Source: Octopus sinensis
Lineage: Eukaryota
Length of the DNA stretch: 64,000 bases
Assembly (NCBI RefSeq): GCF_006345805.1
Contig: NC_043010.1
Coordinates: forward strand, 36,890,001-36,954,000
Direction of reading: 5' to 3'
Under the pieces are notes generated by a model. It saw only the letters and a program-made list of their open reading frames with translations, made no database searches and was not told where the DNA came from. Position 1 is the stretch's first letter. Each line of letters begins with the position of its first letter. Shown here one piece after another: positions 14,118-25,854 of this stretch. The position numbers were made by a program, and so were the translations under genes.

Positions 14118-15204
14118 TCGGTTTGCTCACAATATTTGGAAATGGTAATCTATGCAAACATACACACACACTATGGGCGTCTTTCAGTTCCTGTCTACCA
14201 AATACACTCACAAGACTTAGGCAGACTGAGGCCAGTAATAGAAGGCATTTACCCAAGGTACCACACTGTGCGGTTGAACCTGGAGGCAGACAGAAAACGA
14301 ATTTCTTAAACGCACAAACATACACATGCATGCATGCAAAGATGAGTGCTTGGAGTGAGGGAGTTCTACATTCCATCGAGTAAAAAAAAAAAAAACACTG
14401 CTATCATGACATCTGTCTTCCATGCAATGGTAAAACAAAGCGATTCAAATGTATACTATACACATACTAACACACATATGCATACATGTATATAAAATGA
14501 TGGCTTCTTTCAGTTTCTTCCGATCAAATCATTTTGCAAGACTTTGGTCAGGCCAGGGCTACTGTAGAAGAGGTTCCACACAGTGGCACTGAGCCTAAGA
14601 CCATGCAGTTGGAAAGAAACCATGACCACACAACCATGCTTGCATACACACACACACACGTGTATATGCAAACATATTTACATACACACACATATACATG
14701 TTTGTACACACATATATGTATTAATTCATATATATATACACACATACACAATTAATGCAGTGAGCTAAAAAAATGAAAAGAAAAACTTAGATTAACTAAG
14801 ATTATGCCCCGAGGTACATTTTGTTTTTTCACTGTCAGCTATCAGCTACATTGTTAATATTTATAATCAGCTTTAATACACCCACTCCCTCTATTTATCT
14901 GAGACTTGCCAACGGGATTGAATATATTTCACTACGAAGGTCTGATAGTGCCAAAACAAGTATGCTTCTTATATTAAATGGCTGAAAGACAAGATTGATT
15001 CCTATACTGCATTTTCAATTATATTTTCCAAATTTTCAAATAATTAATAGATCATATTGGAGTAGCCACATTTGCTCATTGTTGGAATTTTCTAAACACC
15101 CCTTAGAGTGAGTTCTATTAATTACACAGATCTGACCAAAATTCTTCAATTCCCCCAATTACATGTGGGGCCCAATTAGGTTTTGGTGCTTTTCATTCAT
15201 CTTT

Positions 15205-15475
15205 TACTTGTTTCCGTCAGTGGAGTACAACAACAAAGGGGCACCCTCTGGAAGGGTTTAGTCATTCCATCAGTAGCCAAACTGCTAGGTTAGAGATGTA
15301 AACAAACCATCACTGATTGTGAAGCGGAGATGGGAGACAAAGACATAAATATATATATATATGCATATGAGAGTCTTCTTTCAGTTTCCATCTACGAAAT
15401 CCACTCACAAGGCTTTGGTCTGAACCCAAGACCACATGGTTGGCAAACAAGCTTCTTAACCACACAGCTATGTCT
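15205..15475 (-). mobile_element. SINE family A, degenerate
   Basis: Shares TCTTTCAGTTTCCATCTAC..CACTCACAAGGCTTTGGTC head and tail segments with other A copies. Confidence 0.7.
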
Positions 15476-16469
15476 GTTCACAGCTTTTCTAACATGAATT
15501 ATATACGTCTGCCACTACTTCATTCATCACTTGGTAATGTGTGTGTGTGTGAAGAAAAGACAAATATACTTAATTGTTGCAGATATCTCTCTTGCTCCAA
15601 GATCTACTTCTGCTACTGAGTAATGAAGTGACGAAAATTCAGTATTTCCCAGCATACAAGTCAAATTTTTCAGACCAGATCAGACCAAAATTTACCATCA
15701 AAAATGGTAGGTCGACTCATGCAGCAAAACAACTTTGAAGGACCAAAAAGCGCATGTAAAACACAGCAGGATTTGGAAAGATAATGATGATGTTTGAATT
15801 TCAACCCAAGTATTATGGTGATTGTTTTCTAGAAATATGGTAATTAATGCAAAATAAATTCTGCTGGTGAACCTTATTGAAATGCTGTGGATTACATAAA
15901 ATTAGCTCATTAACTTAATGAGTAAAACAGCTTCCTCTCTACTGTTGAATTATGATGTCTGTCAATTGTGACTAAGCTGGGATGTACTTCATAGTTTATA
16001 AACAAATAAATCGGTAGTTATCTGCTCAATGTACACAAGAGAGAATAGTTAAATTAGTGTTACAAAAATTAATGTAATGAGCACATAACTATCTAATTAT
16101 CAATGAGTGCAGAAAAAAAATTACATCGGTGACTGGTATTAATTTGATCAACTCACCAAGTACAGAAGACAACTCCAGACATGTTTCAGTCTTATTAAAC
16201 CTCCTTAGCATAGAGCAGACTTCATTGCACTTCTCATAAGAGAATCACCATGCTGATGGAGTGAACTGGATAATTAGCATATTTTAATAGCTCAGGATTT
16301 TAGCACATTTTAAAATAAGTCACCAAGATTAATTACTCACAAAATCGTATTTAATGCAGAGTGTACGAGTTGACTGCACTGAAATTTGAACATAAAATGA
16401 CATCTTTCAAATAACACAATGCACTTCATTGGACATGCACTGTTTGTGCTATCCATCATCCTCTCTATA

Positions 16470-16805
16470 GGCATAAGAATGGCTGAGTGATAAGAAGTTT
16501 GTTTCTCAATCATATGGTTTCAGGTTCAGTCCCACTGCGTTGAAACCTTGGACAAGTGTCTTCTACTATATCCTCAGGAGGACTGAAACCTTGTGAATGG
16601 ATTTGGTAGACAAAAACTGAAAGAAGCCCATCATGTGTGTGTGTCTCTTGACAACTGGTGTTTTTATGCCCCTGTGACTAAGCAGTCTGACAGCAGAAAC
16701 TGAAAGAATAAGTACCAATAAAGTACTAGGGTGAATTCATTCAATTAAAAATTTCTCATGGTAGTACCTTGAGTCTAATGACTGAAGCAAGTAAAAGATA
16801 AAAGG
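16470..16805 (+). mobile_element. SINE family A, full length, decayed
   Basis: Head GGTTCAGTCCCACTGCG..GGATTTGGTAGACAAAAACTGAAAGAAGCCC, tail GACTGAAGCAAGTAAAAGA. Confidence 0.8.
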
Positions 16806-18029
16806 TAAGATACTGATAATATAAAAAATAGAATAAAATAAAATGTGGAAGTTAAGGTAACAGAAATTACCATCAGATCAGCCAACCCTCTCATTATCCC
16901 TTCCAATGTGATACACAATCAACAGCTAACAGATAAAAGCGTTGGCAATGCAAGATTTTAGCTTTCCATCAGCAATCATGTGAGCTTGGTGTGTGTAACA
17001 ACATACAAGGTAATGAAACCTCACACCACAACATCCATCTAAATAATGAATATGAAATGTTTAAAAAAATAGAAAAAGAAACACCTTAACTATAGGAACC
17101 ATCACATGTGCACTGAATAGTATTTAGTGAATTGAGTAAAGAACCCTAACTGCCACCAGCTTCTCTCTCTTCAGAAAATGCTATTTCTGGCACTGCTCAA
17201 AGTAGGTACACCTTTGTACCACAAACCAATTTCTTAATAACATTCTGAGAAAAGTTCGCTGTTGTTGACACCTCACCACCAACACAATGCATTTCAATTT
17301 TTTCCCTTTTACAGACATCTTTCAAGTCTGAACAACCAACAGAAAGAACACAGCAATGCAAGCCATTAGAACGACAGTTCTTCGCCACATATTGTTATGG
17401 TTTGGGACAATGGTCAAAGTGAACAAGTGGTTTTAAAATGTCGTAAGTGTCACAGGTCTCTCAAATGTAAATCCTGTAGGGAAAACAGTCAGTTAAATCA
17501 ACACTCAGAACTTGGACTGGTACTTATTTTACCAATCCTTCTAAGAACAAAAGGTGAAGTTGACCTCAAATGGCTTTCGAACACACTATGTAAAAGGTAG
17601 TAACAAAATACCACAACACATTTTGTACATTAGTCTACCAAGCCTGCTTATGTCTCCGAAGCCTCTAGAGGGTTTTAAGCTGCCAGTGCTTAACTGTATC
17701 AGTTACATTGGCATTAAACTCTATTTAAGAAGCTGGCTTTTTCTCAGACATTAGCCAAGTGATCCGATAACTTCCTCAATAATACAAGAATATGCTTACA
17801 AAGAACTTGAGTCCAAACTTTTTTATATGCATGCTGTATGGTTAAGAAACTTGCTCTTCAACCATGTAGTTTCAAGTTCAATTCCATTGCATGGTACTTT
17901 GGGTATGTGTCTTCCACTTATAAACCCTAGACTAATCAATGCCTTGTGAGTGAATCTGGGGAAACCAATCATATATATTATATATATGATTGGTTTCCCC
18001 ACCACTGCTGTCTACCATATATGTATATG

Positions 18030-18061
<32 letters not shown>

Positions 18062-18881
18062 TATATATACATACATACACACACACACATATATATAAAA
18101 AAAAACATGAACCTTAACACCCACATACACACAACAGAACTTCTGCCCACTAAATTCACTCAAAAAGCTTTAGTTCACTTGAGGTTGTAGATTACACACA
18201 CACCAGTTCTGCCTGACTGGCCCATACCTGTGGCATGTAAAAAGCACCCACTACATTCTCAGAGTGGCTGGCATTAGGAAGGGCATTCAGCTGCTGTAGA
18301 AACCTAATCAGATCAGATTCTGGTGCAGCCTCCTGGCTTGCCAGTCCTCAGTCAAACCGTCCAACTTAGGCCAGCATGGAAAGCAGATGCTAAACAATGA
18401 TGATACACACACACACACATACATATATACACACATTCTACAACCTCAGGCATGCCAAGGTTTTGTGAGTGAATATGAATATATATATACACATACACAT
18501 ACGCACGCACGCATACATACGTACGTATATACACACATTTTCTAATCGATATGACTTTACTGAAGTGAAAATCTTAATTCAATCTATATGAGTTACAGTT
18601 ACGTCCTTTCATAATGCTTACATCAGCATGATACGCTTGCTTTATTTAAATATAAATATGTATTCACTATTATTATTTGAGTGTAAAAATATTGATTCAT
18701 ACATAATAAAGCAAAATTACTTGCACAGTGAATATATATAATATATCAATTTATACATGCAATTATATATCATTGTTTACGTTCACCTTCCCATGTTTGT
18801 ACAACTCTACCTGAGGCTATGATGACATTTGCCTAAGATGCCATGCAGTGGGATCAACATCCAACACTTTGTTGTGAAGCA

Positions 18882-18912
<31 letters not shown>

Positions 18913-18924
18913 CATCTATGCATG

Positions 18925-19128
18925 TATTCTTTTATTTGTTTCAGTCATTTGACTGCAACCATGCTGGAGCACCACCTTTAGACGAGCAAATCAACCCCAG
19001 AACTTGTTCTTTGTAAGCCTAGTACTTATTCAGTTAGCCGCTTTTGCTGAATTGCTAGGCTACGAGGACGTAAACAGACCAGCATCAGTTGTTAGGCAAT
19101 GTTGGGGGAGGAACAAATATACATGCAT

Positions 19129-19170
<42 letters not shown>

Positions 19171-19327
19171 CGGGCTTCTTTTAGTCTCTGTCTACCAAAT
19201 CCACTCACAAGATTTTAGTCGGCCCAAGGTTGTAGAAGACACTTGCCCAAGATGCCATGCAGTGGGACTGAACCCGGAACCTGGTGGTTGGTAAGCAAGC
19301 TACTTGCCACGCAGCCACTCCTGCGCC
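18925..19327 (-). mobile_element. SINE family A, full length, well preserved
   Basis: Close match to 63093-63477 over head, (TA)n hinge and tail. Confidence 0.85.
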
Positions 19328-19344
19328 TAGGAGTATATTTTACT

Positions 19345-19960
19345 TAAATCTTTGGTTTCAATCATCAGACAGCAAGCATGTCCAGGTACTAACTTTGAAG
19401 GGCTCTGGTCAAACAGGTCAACTCCAGCACTTTTTTTTTTAATATGGTACTTATTCCATTGGCCTCTTTGTCAAATCGCAAAGATACAGGAGCATAAATA
19501 AGCCAACACTGGTTGTGAAGCAGGGTGGGGAGGTTGGACACACACATATATATAGAAGGTGCTGAAATGTTCCTGGCTTTAGGAAAAGGAAAATACAGGA
19601 GGATCAGTTAATTAGGATTTTATTCAATATTATCATAAGAGATATTCTCTCAGATTCATAGACTTATTGCAGTTGTCCTTCAGTTTTTCTAAGTCCTGTG
19701 AAAGAAAGAAGGTTGGGACTTCAACCAGGCCTTTCGCGATGTCCATATAGCCAAGAACTTTTCAGCAGCCCCTCATGTATGTATGTGTACACACACACAC
19801 ACACATCTTTCAGTTTCCATCTACAAAATCGCCTCACAATCTTTGATTGGTCTGAAGTTATTGGAGAAGACATTTGCCCAAGGTGCCACCCAGTGGGACT
19901 GAACCTAGAGTCATATGATCAGGAAACAAGCTTCTTACCACACAGCCATGTCTGTACCCT
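19345..19960 (-). mobile_element. SINE family A interrupted by a mariner-type MITE
   Basis: Tail at 19345-19550 and head at 19790-19960 flank the MITE at the TA-rich hinge. Confidence 0.7.
19551..19779 (-). mobile_element. Mariner-derived MITE (internal deletion derivative)
   Basis: TIRs GGTGCTGAAATGTTCCTGGCT / AGCCAAGAACTTTTCAGCAGCC with TA ends; minus strand retains QDLEKLKDNCNKSMNLREY, resembling the mariner transposase C-terminus (GI.KL..RW.KC...G.Y). Confidence 0.75.
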
Positions 19961-20044
19961 TCTTGCATATATTTTTTTTTTTAATAAAATGTCCTGGACA
20001 CAGAAACTACTTCCAACATATATAGGTGCAAGCATGATTTTGTA

Positions 20045-20440
20045 GCTAAGCAGTTTGCTTTCCAACCGTGTAATCTTAGGTTTAGTACTACTGTACAATC
20101 ATCTTGGGCGAGTGTATTCTATCTCTTCTACTATATCTCTGGGTCAAGATCAACCAAAGCCGTGAATGAATCAAGTAGACGAAAACTGAAAGATGTCTGT
20201 TGAACATATAGGTATATGTGCATGTGTATGTCTCCTTACTTCATGTGATAGTTGTAAACGAATGTCACCGTCAAGCAAGGTGTGTTTCTAATCTTTCATG
20301 AAAATGTCTAGTCAGTGGAGATATTACATTACTTGAAAACAGTTGAGGGTTGGCGATGTGAAGGGCATCCAGCTGTAGAAAATCTGCCTCAACAAAGTCC
20401 GCCCGACTCACATAGGCACGTTAAAGTAGATATTAAATGA
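20045..20440 (+). mobile_element. SINE with family-A head and alternative tail C
   Basis: A-type head, then GTGATAGTTGTAAACG..GAGGGTTGGCGATGTGAAGGGCATCCAGCTGTAGAAAATCTGCCTCAAC; homologous minus copies at about 1488-1890, 5890-6247 and 60975-61285. Confidence 0.75.
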
Positions 20441-20594
20441 AAAGTGTGTGCGTACGTGAGCGTGTAAAATGTACAAGACAAAGAAACTATCTTCGACATA
20501 AACCCACTGGTCAAAATGGGGGGAAAATAGTATCTTAGACTGCATACAATTCCCAGGAAATGTGGTGACAACACAATAATAACAATGATTTCTT

Positions 20595-21039
20595 TTATTA
20601 CCTCAGCCTTAGCTAAAGTGGAGGTATTGTTTTCAGTTTTGTTTGTTTGTTTGTCCGTGGACAAGATATCTGAAGAACCACTGGATGAATTGGGATGAAA
20701 CTTTCAGGGATGTTTCTTTTTCTTGTCTTGAGACAGCATTCACCCAGGGTGGGTTGAGCTGGCTTCATTCATCCTCAATGCTGTATTTCTCATGACTGGC
20801 ATGAACTGATTAGATTTTGGGATCAATCCAGTACCGGACAAGGATTCTGGATTATTTTTCCTGTATTTTTTTTTTACTTAATTTATGAGAGCGGTTGGGT
20901 TCATTTTTAGTATTCTCGTTTGTGAGAGCAGTCAAGTTTAATTCAGACATTCTCATTTTAAAAATCATCTCTGTCTAAACATTGAGAGGAGGTTGGTGTT
21001 GCCTTGGCAAAGGTTTGCACTCTGTGAGTGCTCTTATTT
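20595..21039 (+). mobile_element. Non-autonomous Helentron-associated element (HINE / DINE-1-like)
   Basis: 5' TTATTACCTCAGCCTTAGCTAAAGTGGAGG (subTIR plus inverted repeat), (GTTT)n tract, 3' CCTTGGCAAAGG subTIR, then hairpin GCACTC-TGT-GAGTGC (21017-21031) and a T-rich end. Confidence 0.75.
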
Positions 21040-21301
21040 CTTTAAAGTAATTCTAGATAACTTTCCATCGGATGTACTTGTTATCTGTTCCAAGAAAACT
21101 GAAACGGTTTCAGACAAGCGTTTCCCTCTACTTGTCTCTAGATATTACAAGCGTATGGCGGGACTGGGGAAATGGGGGATAATAAGATATGTTTCGACTA
21201 AATTTTACTAATCACTCTTTGTTAATAATCTTCACATTTCCCGGCAAATGGTGATTTAATTCCCGGACATATCTGCATTGAAGAAACCATATATTCCTTA
21301 C

Positions 21302-21321
21302 TCCACTTGTCCCTTCTCTCA
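21302..21321 (-). other. Candidate 20-nt microexon, or the 3' end of a longer first exon starting near 21890
   Basis: TTATTTTGTTTTTTCTTAG|TGAGAGAAGGGACAAGTGGA|GTAAGG on the minus strand; Inr-like TCAGTT at 21885-21890; lies at the CpG-rich/CpG-poor boundary. Confidence 0.4.
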
Positions 21322-22754
21322 CTAAGAAAAAACAAAATAAACATATCTATACATAAAAACCCCCCACATAATATATGACTATGGTTGACAAAGTGTTTAT
21401 GTGCCATTTTTCTGAAGAATAAAGACAAAAGAGCGTTATTAATTCTGCTAGCTGCCGTGGTGCACACCATTTAAAACGATTCCTGTATATATAATGAATG
21501 CAAAAGCTAGCTTTGACAAAGATCAGGCAAAGAAAAAAAATATTGAAAGAAAACTCCGCAAAAGAAGAAAGAATACGGCTCGCTTGCTTGGTGATAATGT
21601 CTTCGTCGCCCACCCCACCTAATGGATTCTTTGAAAACATTAAACTATACTAGTTTCGTGTGTGAGTGTATGTGCGTGTGTGTGCGCGCATCAATGTATG
21701 TAAATGTTCTGTAGAGTGTGTGTGTTTGTGCGTATGTGCCAATTTAAGTATATGATGCAGTGTGCCAATTTGTGTGTGTGTGTGTGACGAAAGAGAGAGA
21801 GAGAGAGAGAAAGCCGAGCTCACTCTCGACTGACAGCAACAGCCTTTGAAGATTAACAGAAATAGCCAGCAGTCTTTTCTACATAACTGACAAATGGATA
21901 CAGCTGCACTAAAGAAGGATGAGATGAAGAACAAGATGAAAGAGAAGAGAGAGATAGAGGTGGATGGCAGAAAGAATGAAAGAAAGAAATTAGAGAAGGA
22001 AGGGTTAAAAGATAACAAACAGACACGAGAATAAAATAAAACTAGTTTGATTATGTTTGTTGTATAGTTTCATGGTTACGTTTTGTAGATTTTTCCTACG
22101 AACAGAAGATGCTAAGAACTAGGCCAAAAATACGAAACACTTCCTGGATTGAACGGGAGGAAATGTAGCTAATTAAACAGTGTTAATTATATACTCACTG
22201 TAACTATATAAATACGAGCATGTGTGTGTGTGTATATATATATATATGGACAGATAGATAGATATGCACACATACCCATAGTGTTGCACACTCGTATGCG
22301 AGTGCCACGAATCTTATAAAAACAGAAGACAGATTGAATAAACCTCGATGGGCAGAACTTGATCACAGTCAACCCTTATACACACACACACACACCAAAT
22401 TCTACTGTAACAATATCAAGTACTTTCATCTGTAACATTGTCACGTGAATGTACATTTTATACTGGGTTATGTCCTAAGAGACAACAGAAAAGGTTGTCG
22501 ATAGGAAGGGCATCCGACCGTTAAACACTCGAACCATAATATTATTATTATTATTATTAGGGACTACATAAGTAAGAGCTTTAATTACTCCCAAATAAAT
22601 TTAGAGACTAAGGAGGAGCTTTTTATTACGGCCACCTTTATTTTAAAAGATTGCTGCAGTGGCTTAAGCACTTTAGATTACATATAGAGCCATACATATT
22701 TTTTTCATATGTTTATAGACATAGCGCATGCTGTGTGTGATGTGACTACGTAAG

Positions 22755-22900
22755 TCTATATATATATATGTTGTGTGTGTGTATATACAGTATGCATATA
22801 TATACAGTATGCATATATATATATATAGTGTGTGTGTGTGTGTATATACAGTATATATATATATATATAGTGTGTGTGTATATATACAGTATATATATAT

Positions 22901-22935
<35 letters not shown>

Positions 22936-23145
22936 ATACACAGTATATATATATAATATATATATAATATATAGTGTGTGTGTGTGTGTATATACAGTAT
23001 GTATATATATATATATATATATATAGTGTGTGTGTGTATATACAGTATATATATATATATATATATAGTGTGTGTGTATATACAGTATGTACGTATATAT
23101 ATATATATATATATATAATGTATGTATATATATATACACAGTAGC
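22755..23145. repeat. Compound minisatellite (GT)n-ATATACAGT-(AT)n, about 9 units
   Basis: Near-invariant TA(T/C)ACAGTA core between variable-length GT and AT runs. Confidence 0.9.
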
Positions 23146-23617
23146 GATAGAAGGGTAAAAGGAACTCTAGATACATGAGAGTAAATTGTGTAATACACAC
23201 ACACTTGCACAGTGAGTGCACTAGAAGCAAATAAATAATATAACTCAGGTAGGAAGAATATATGTGAGGATGCCGAGTTGAAATTACTGAGAGAGGTGGG
23301 GAAGACACACACAATGCTGAAAGGTCACAAGAATTATTAATTATGTAAATTTTGAAATAAAAACGTTTACTCTCTCTCTCTCTCTCTCTCTCTCTGTCTT
23401 TCCGGATATTTTATCTTGCGATTTTGAGATGCGTTAGTAAATTTATCTTTTCATTGCAAAAATAAGGCAAAATTTTAAAGGATCAAACTGAAAATTTTAT
23501 CAATTGAAAAATAACCTAAATAAAAATTCTCAGAATTATATTTAGAAATTTAAAAAGAATATAAACAAAAATGCTCACAAACATGCATATTTGTGTGTCT
23601 GTAAACACACACGCACA

Positions 23618-23660
<43 letters not shown>

Positions 23661-24542
23661 CACACGCAATCTCACGCACACGCATACACACTATACACAA
23701 ACCGATCAAAGTGATATTTTAAAAAGAAAAAAATAATTTCGTAAGCAAATCGATGTCTTTGTATTTAAAGCTCATTTGTTATGCGATAATTTCGGAATAT
23801 ATTTTGGAAACACGGAACATTAAAATCGATAGCGTAATTAAGATTCCTCGATTAGGTTGCTAACGGGCATTGAAATATCACCAGACACTGAAACCAACCA
23901 AATTTTTGACGATGCAGGAAAGAAGCAAGAACCAAAACAAAATTTTTTAAAAAATTCTATGCAAAAACAAAATATAACTATTTCAAATTAGAGATATATG
24001 TTATCAAAATGCCTTTTTATAAATTATTTATAAATTAACAATTATGCTCATTTATATTCCAAGTTCAAATCTCGCTGAGGTCGATAAAATGAAAAGAACT
24101 GATAAAATTAACCTAATGCAAAATGAATTCTTGCGCCGCTCTATATGCAAGAAAACATTACTATCAACATCATCATCATCATCATTATTATTATTTTATG
24201 GTGATCGTTAAGTGTAATACATTAGTTTTAAGATATTCCAATCCAGAATGTAAATGCCACCACTAGCATCAACCATCCCTCAAATAGACGACAAATTAAA
24301 ATACCAATAACGTTGATGATGTACTTGTTAGCTTAACAACTGGTTTAAGAGAGATACCAAGAGATATTCAGCATTGTTTAAAAGGAAAGACAAAAACCGA
24401 CATTAATTATTGCCTTTCATCTTTCCGGGGTCGATAATAAAGTACTTGTCAAGTACCAGAGTCAATGGTGTCGACCAATCCTCTCCCTTCAAAACCGCAG
24501 GCATTGTGTTCTTACTCAGAAACCATCTTCATCATTATTAAT

Positions 24543-24817
24543 ATGGCGGCGAGCTGGCAGAAATCGTTAAAGCGTCAGAAAAAAAAACCAATGTCATGCG
24601 GCATTTCTTCCGGCTCATTATGTTCTTGAGTTCAAATCCCGCCGAGGTCAGCTTTTGCCTTACATCCTTTCTGAGGTTCAAATTCCGCCGAGGTGGACTT
24701 TGCCTTTCATCCTTTCGGAGTCGATGAAACAAGTACCAATTGAATACTGAGGTTGATGCAATCGACTAGACCCCGCTCCCCGAAAAAAAAAAAATTCAGC
24801 CCTTGTGCCTATAATAG
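24543..24817 (+). mobile_element. SINE family B with an internal 46-bp tandem duplication
   Basis: GTTCAAAT(C/T)CCGCCGAGGT occurs at both 24630 and 24676. Confidence 0.8.
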
Positions 24818-25224
24818 AAAGGATTATAATTCGGAGGAGTTCTTCCGAAATGCGTGTATTACATTCTAAACTACAATAAAATTCTCTACACATGTTCCTA
24901 ATTAACAAAAGAGTAATAAAAAAAAAAAGCTTAAATACCAAGAACGAAAATCTAAAGCAATCCAATCACTATCAGTAACACCTCAACAACAAAACACCGG
25001 ATATTACTTCTATGATAAGAATGTCTGCAACCCATCCAAAACTTTTTTTTTTATGCTAAGCATCATGCCAACAACACTCACGCAGGTACGCACACACATA
25101 CAATGAGTTTAGAATCCTTTCATTCTCACAATGTACAAATTAACGAGCCGTCTCAGAAAGAAAAAGAGGACATGTTGTTAATCTGTTCCTGTTGTATAGC
25201 GAGCACCTAAGAAGAAAATACAAT

Positions 25225-25854
25225 AATCCTATGGTACAAGGTCTGAAATTTTGAAAGTAGGTATTATCCGATTACGTCGACCTCAGCGCTCAATTGGGTA
25301 CTTATTTTATCGACTACCGAAAGGATGAAAGGCAAAGTCGACCTCGGCAGAATTTGAACCCAGAACGTAAAGACGGAACGAAGTGCCACTAAGCATTTTT
25401 CTAGCGAGCTAATGATTCTGCAAGCTTGTCCTCTTCAATAATAATAATTCTTTCTACTAACGGCACAAAGCATGAATTTTTTTTTTTTTTTTGCAGGGTG
25501 GGGGATAGTAGTACATTACATTGACCCTAGTGTTTCACAGGTACTTAATCTAACGACCTCGAGAGGATGAAAGACAATCGATCACGGCGGAATTTGAATT
25601 CAGAACGTAGCGACAGGCGAAATACCTATTTCTATTTCTTTACTACCCACAAGGGGCTAAACACAGAGGAGACAAACAAGGACAGACAGACGGACTTAAG
25701 TCGATTATATCGAATCCAGTGCATAACTGGTACTTAACTTATCGATCCCGAAAGGATGAAAGGCAAAGTCGACCTCGGCGGAATTTGAACCCAGAACGTG
25801 TAACAGCAGACGAAATGCCACAAAGTATCTCGCCCGGCATGTTAGCCGCCTTCA
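25225..25854 (-). mobile_element. Three head-to-tail SINE family B copies
   Basis: Repeated GAAAGGATGAAAGGCAAAGTCGACCTCGGC(A/G)GAATTTGAA blocks at about 25320, 25560 and 25750. Confidence 0.85.

Noticed and set aside
17197-17480. Exon-like region with acceptors and donors on both strands and a Cys-rich ORF
   Set aside because: All three frames after either acceptor hit stops; no recognisable protein.
22755-23145. Repeat-spacer appearance resembling a CRISPR array
   Set aside because: The spacers are simple dinucleotide runs in eukaryotic DNA with no cas genes; it is a minisatellite.
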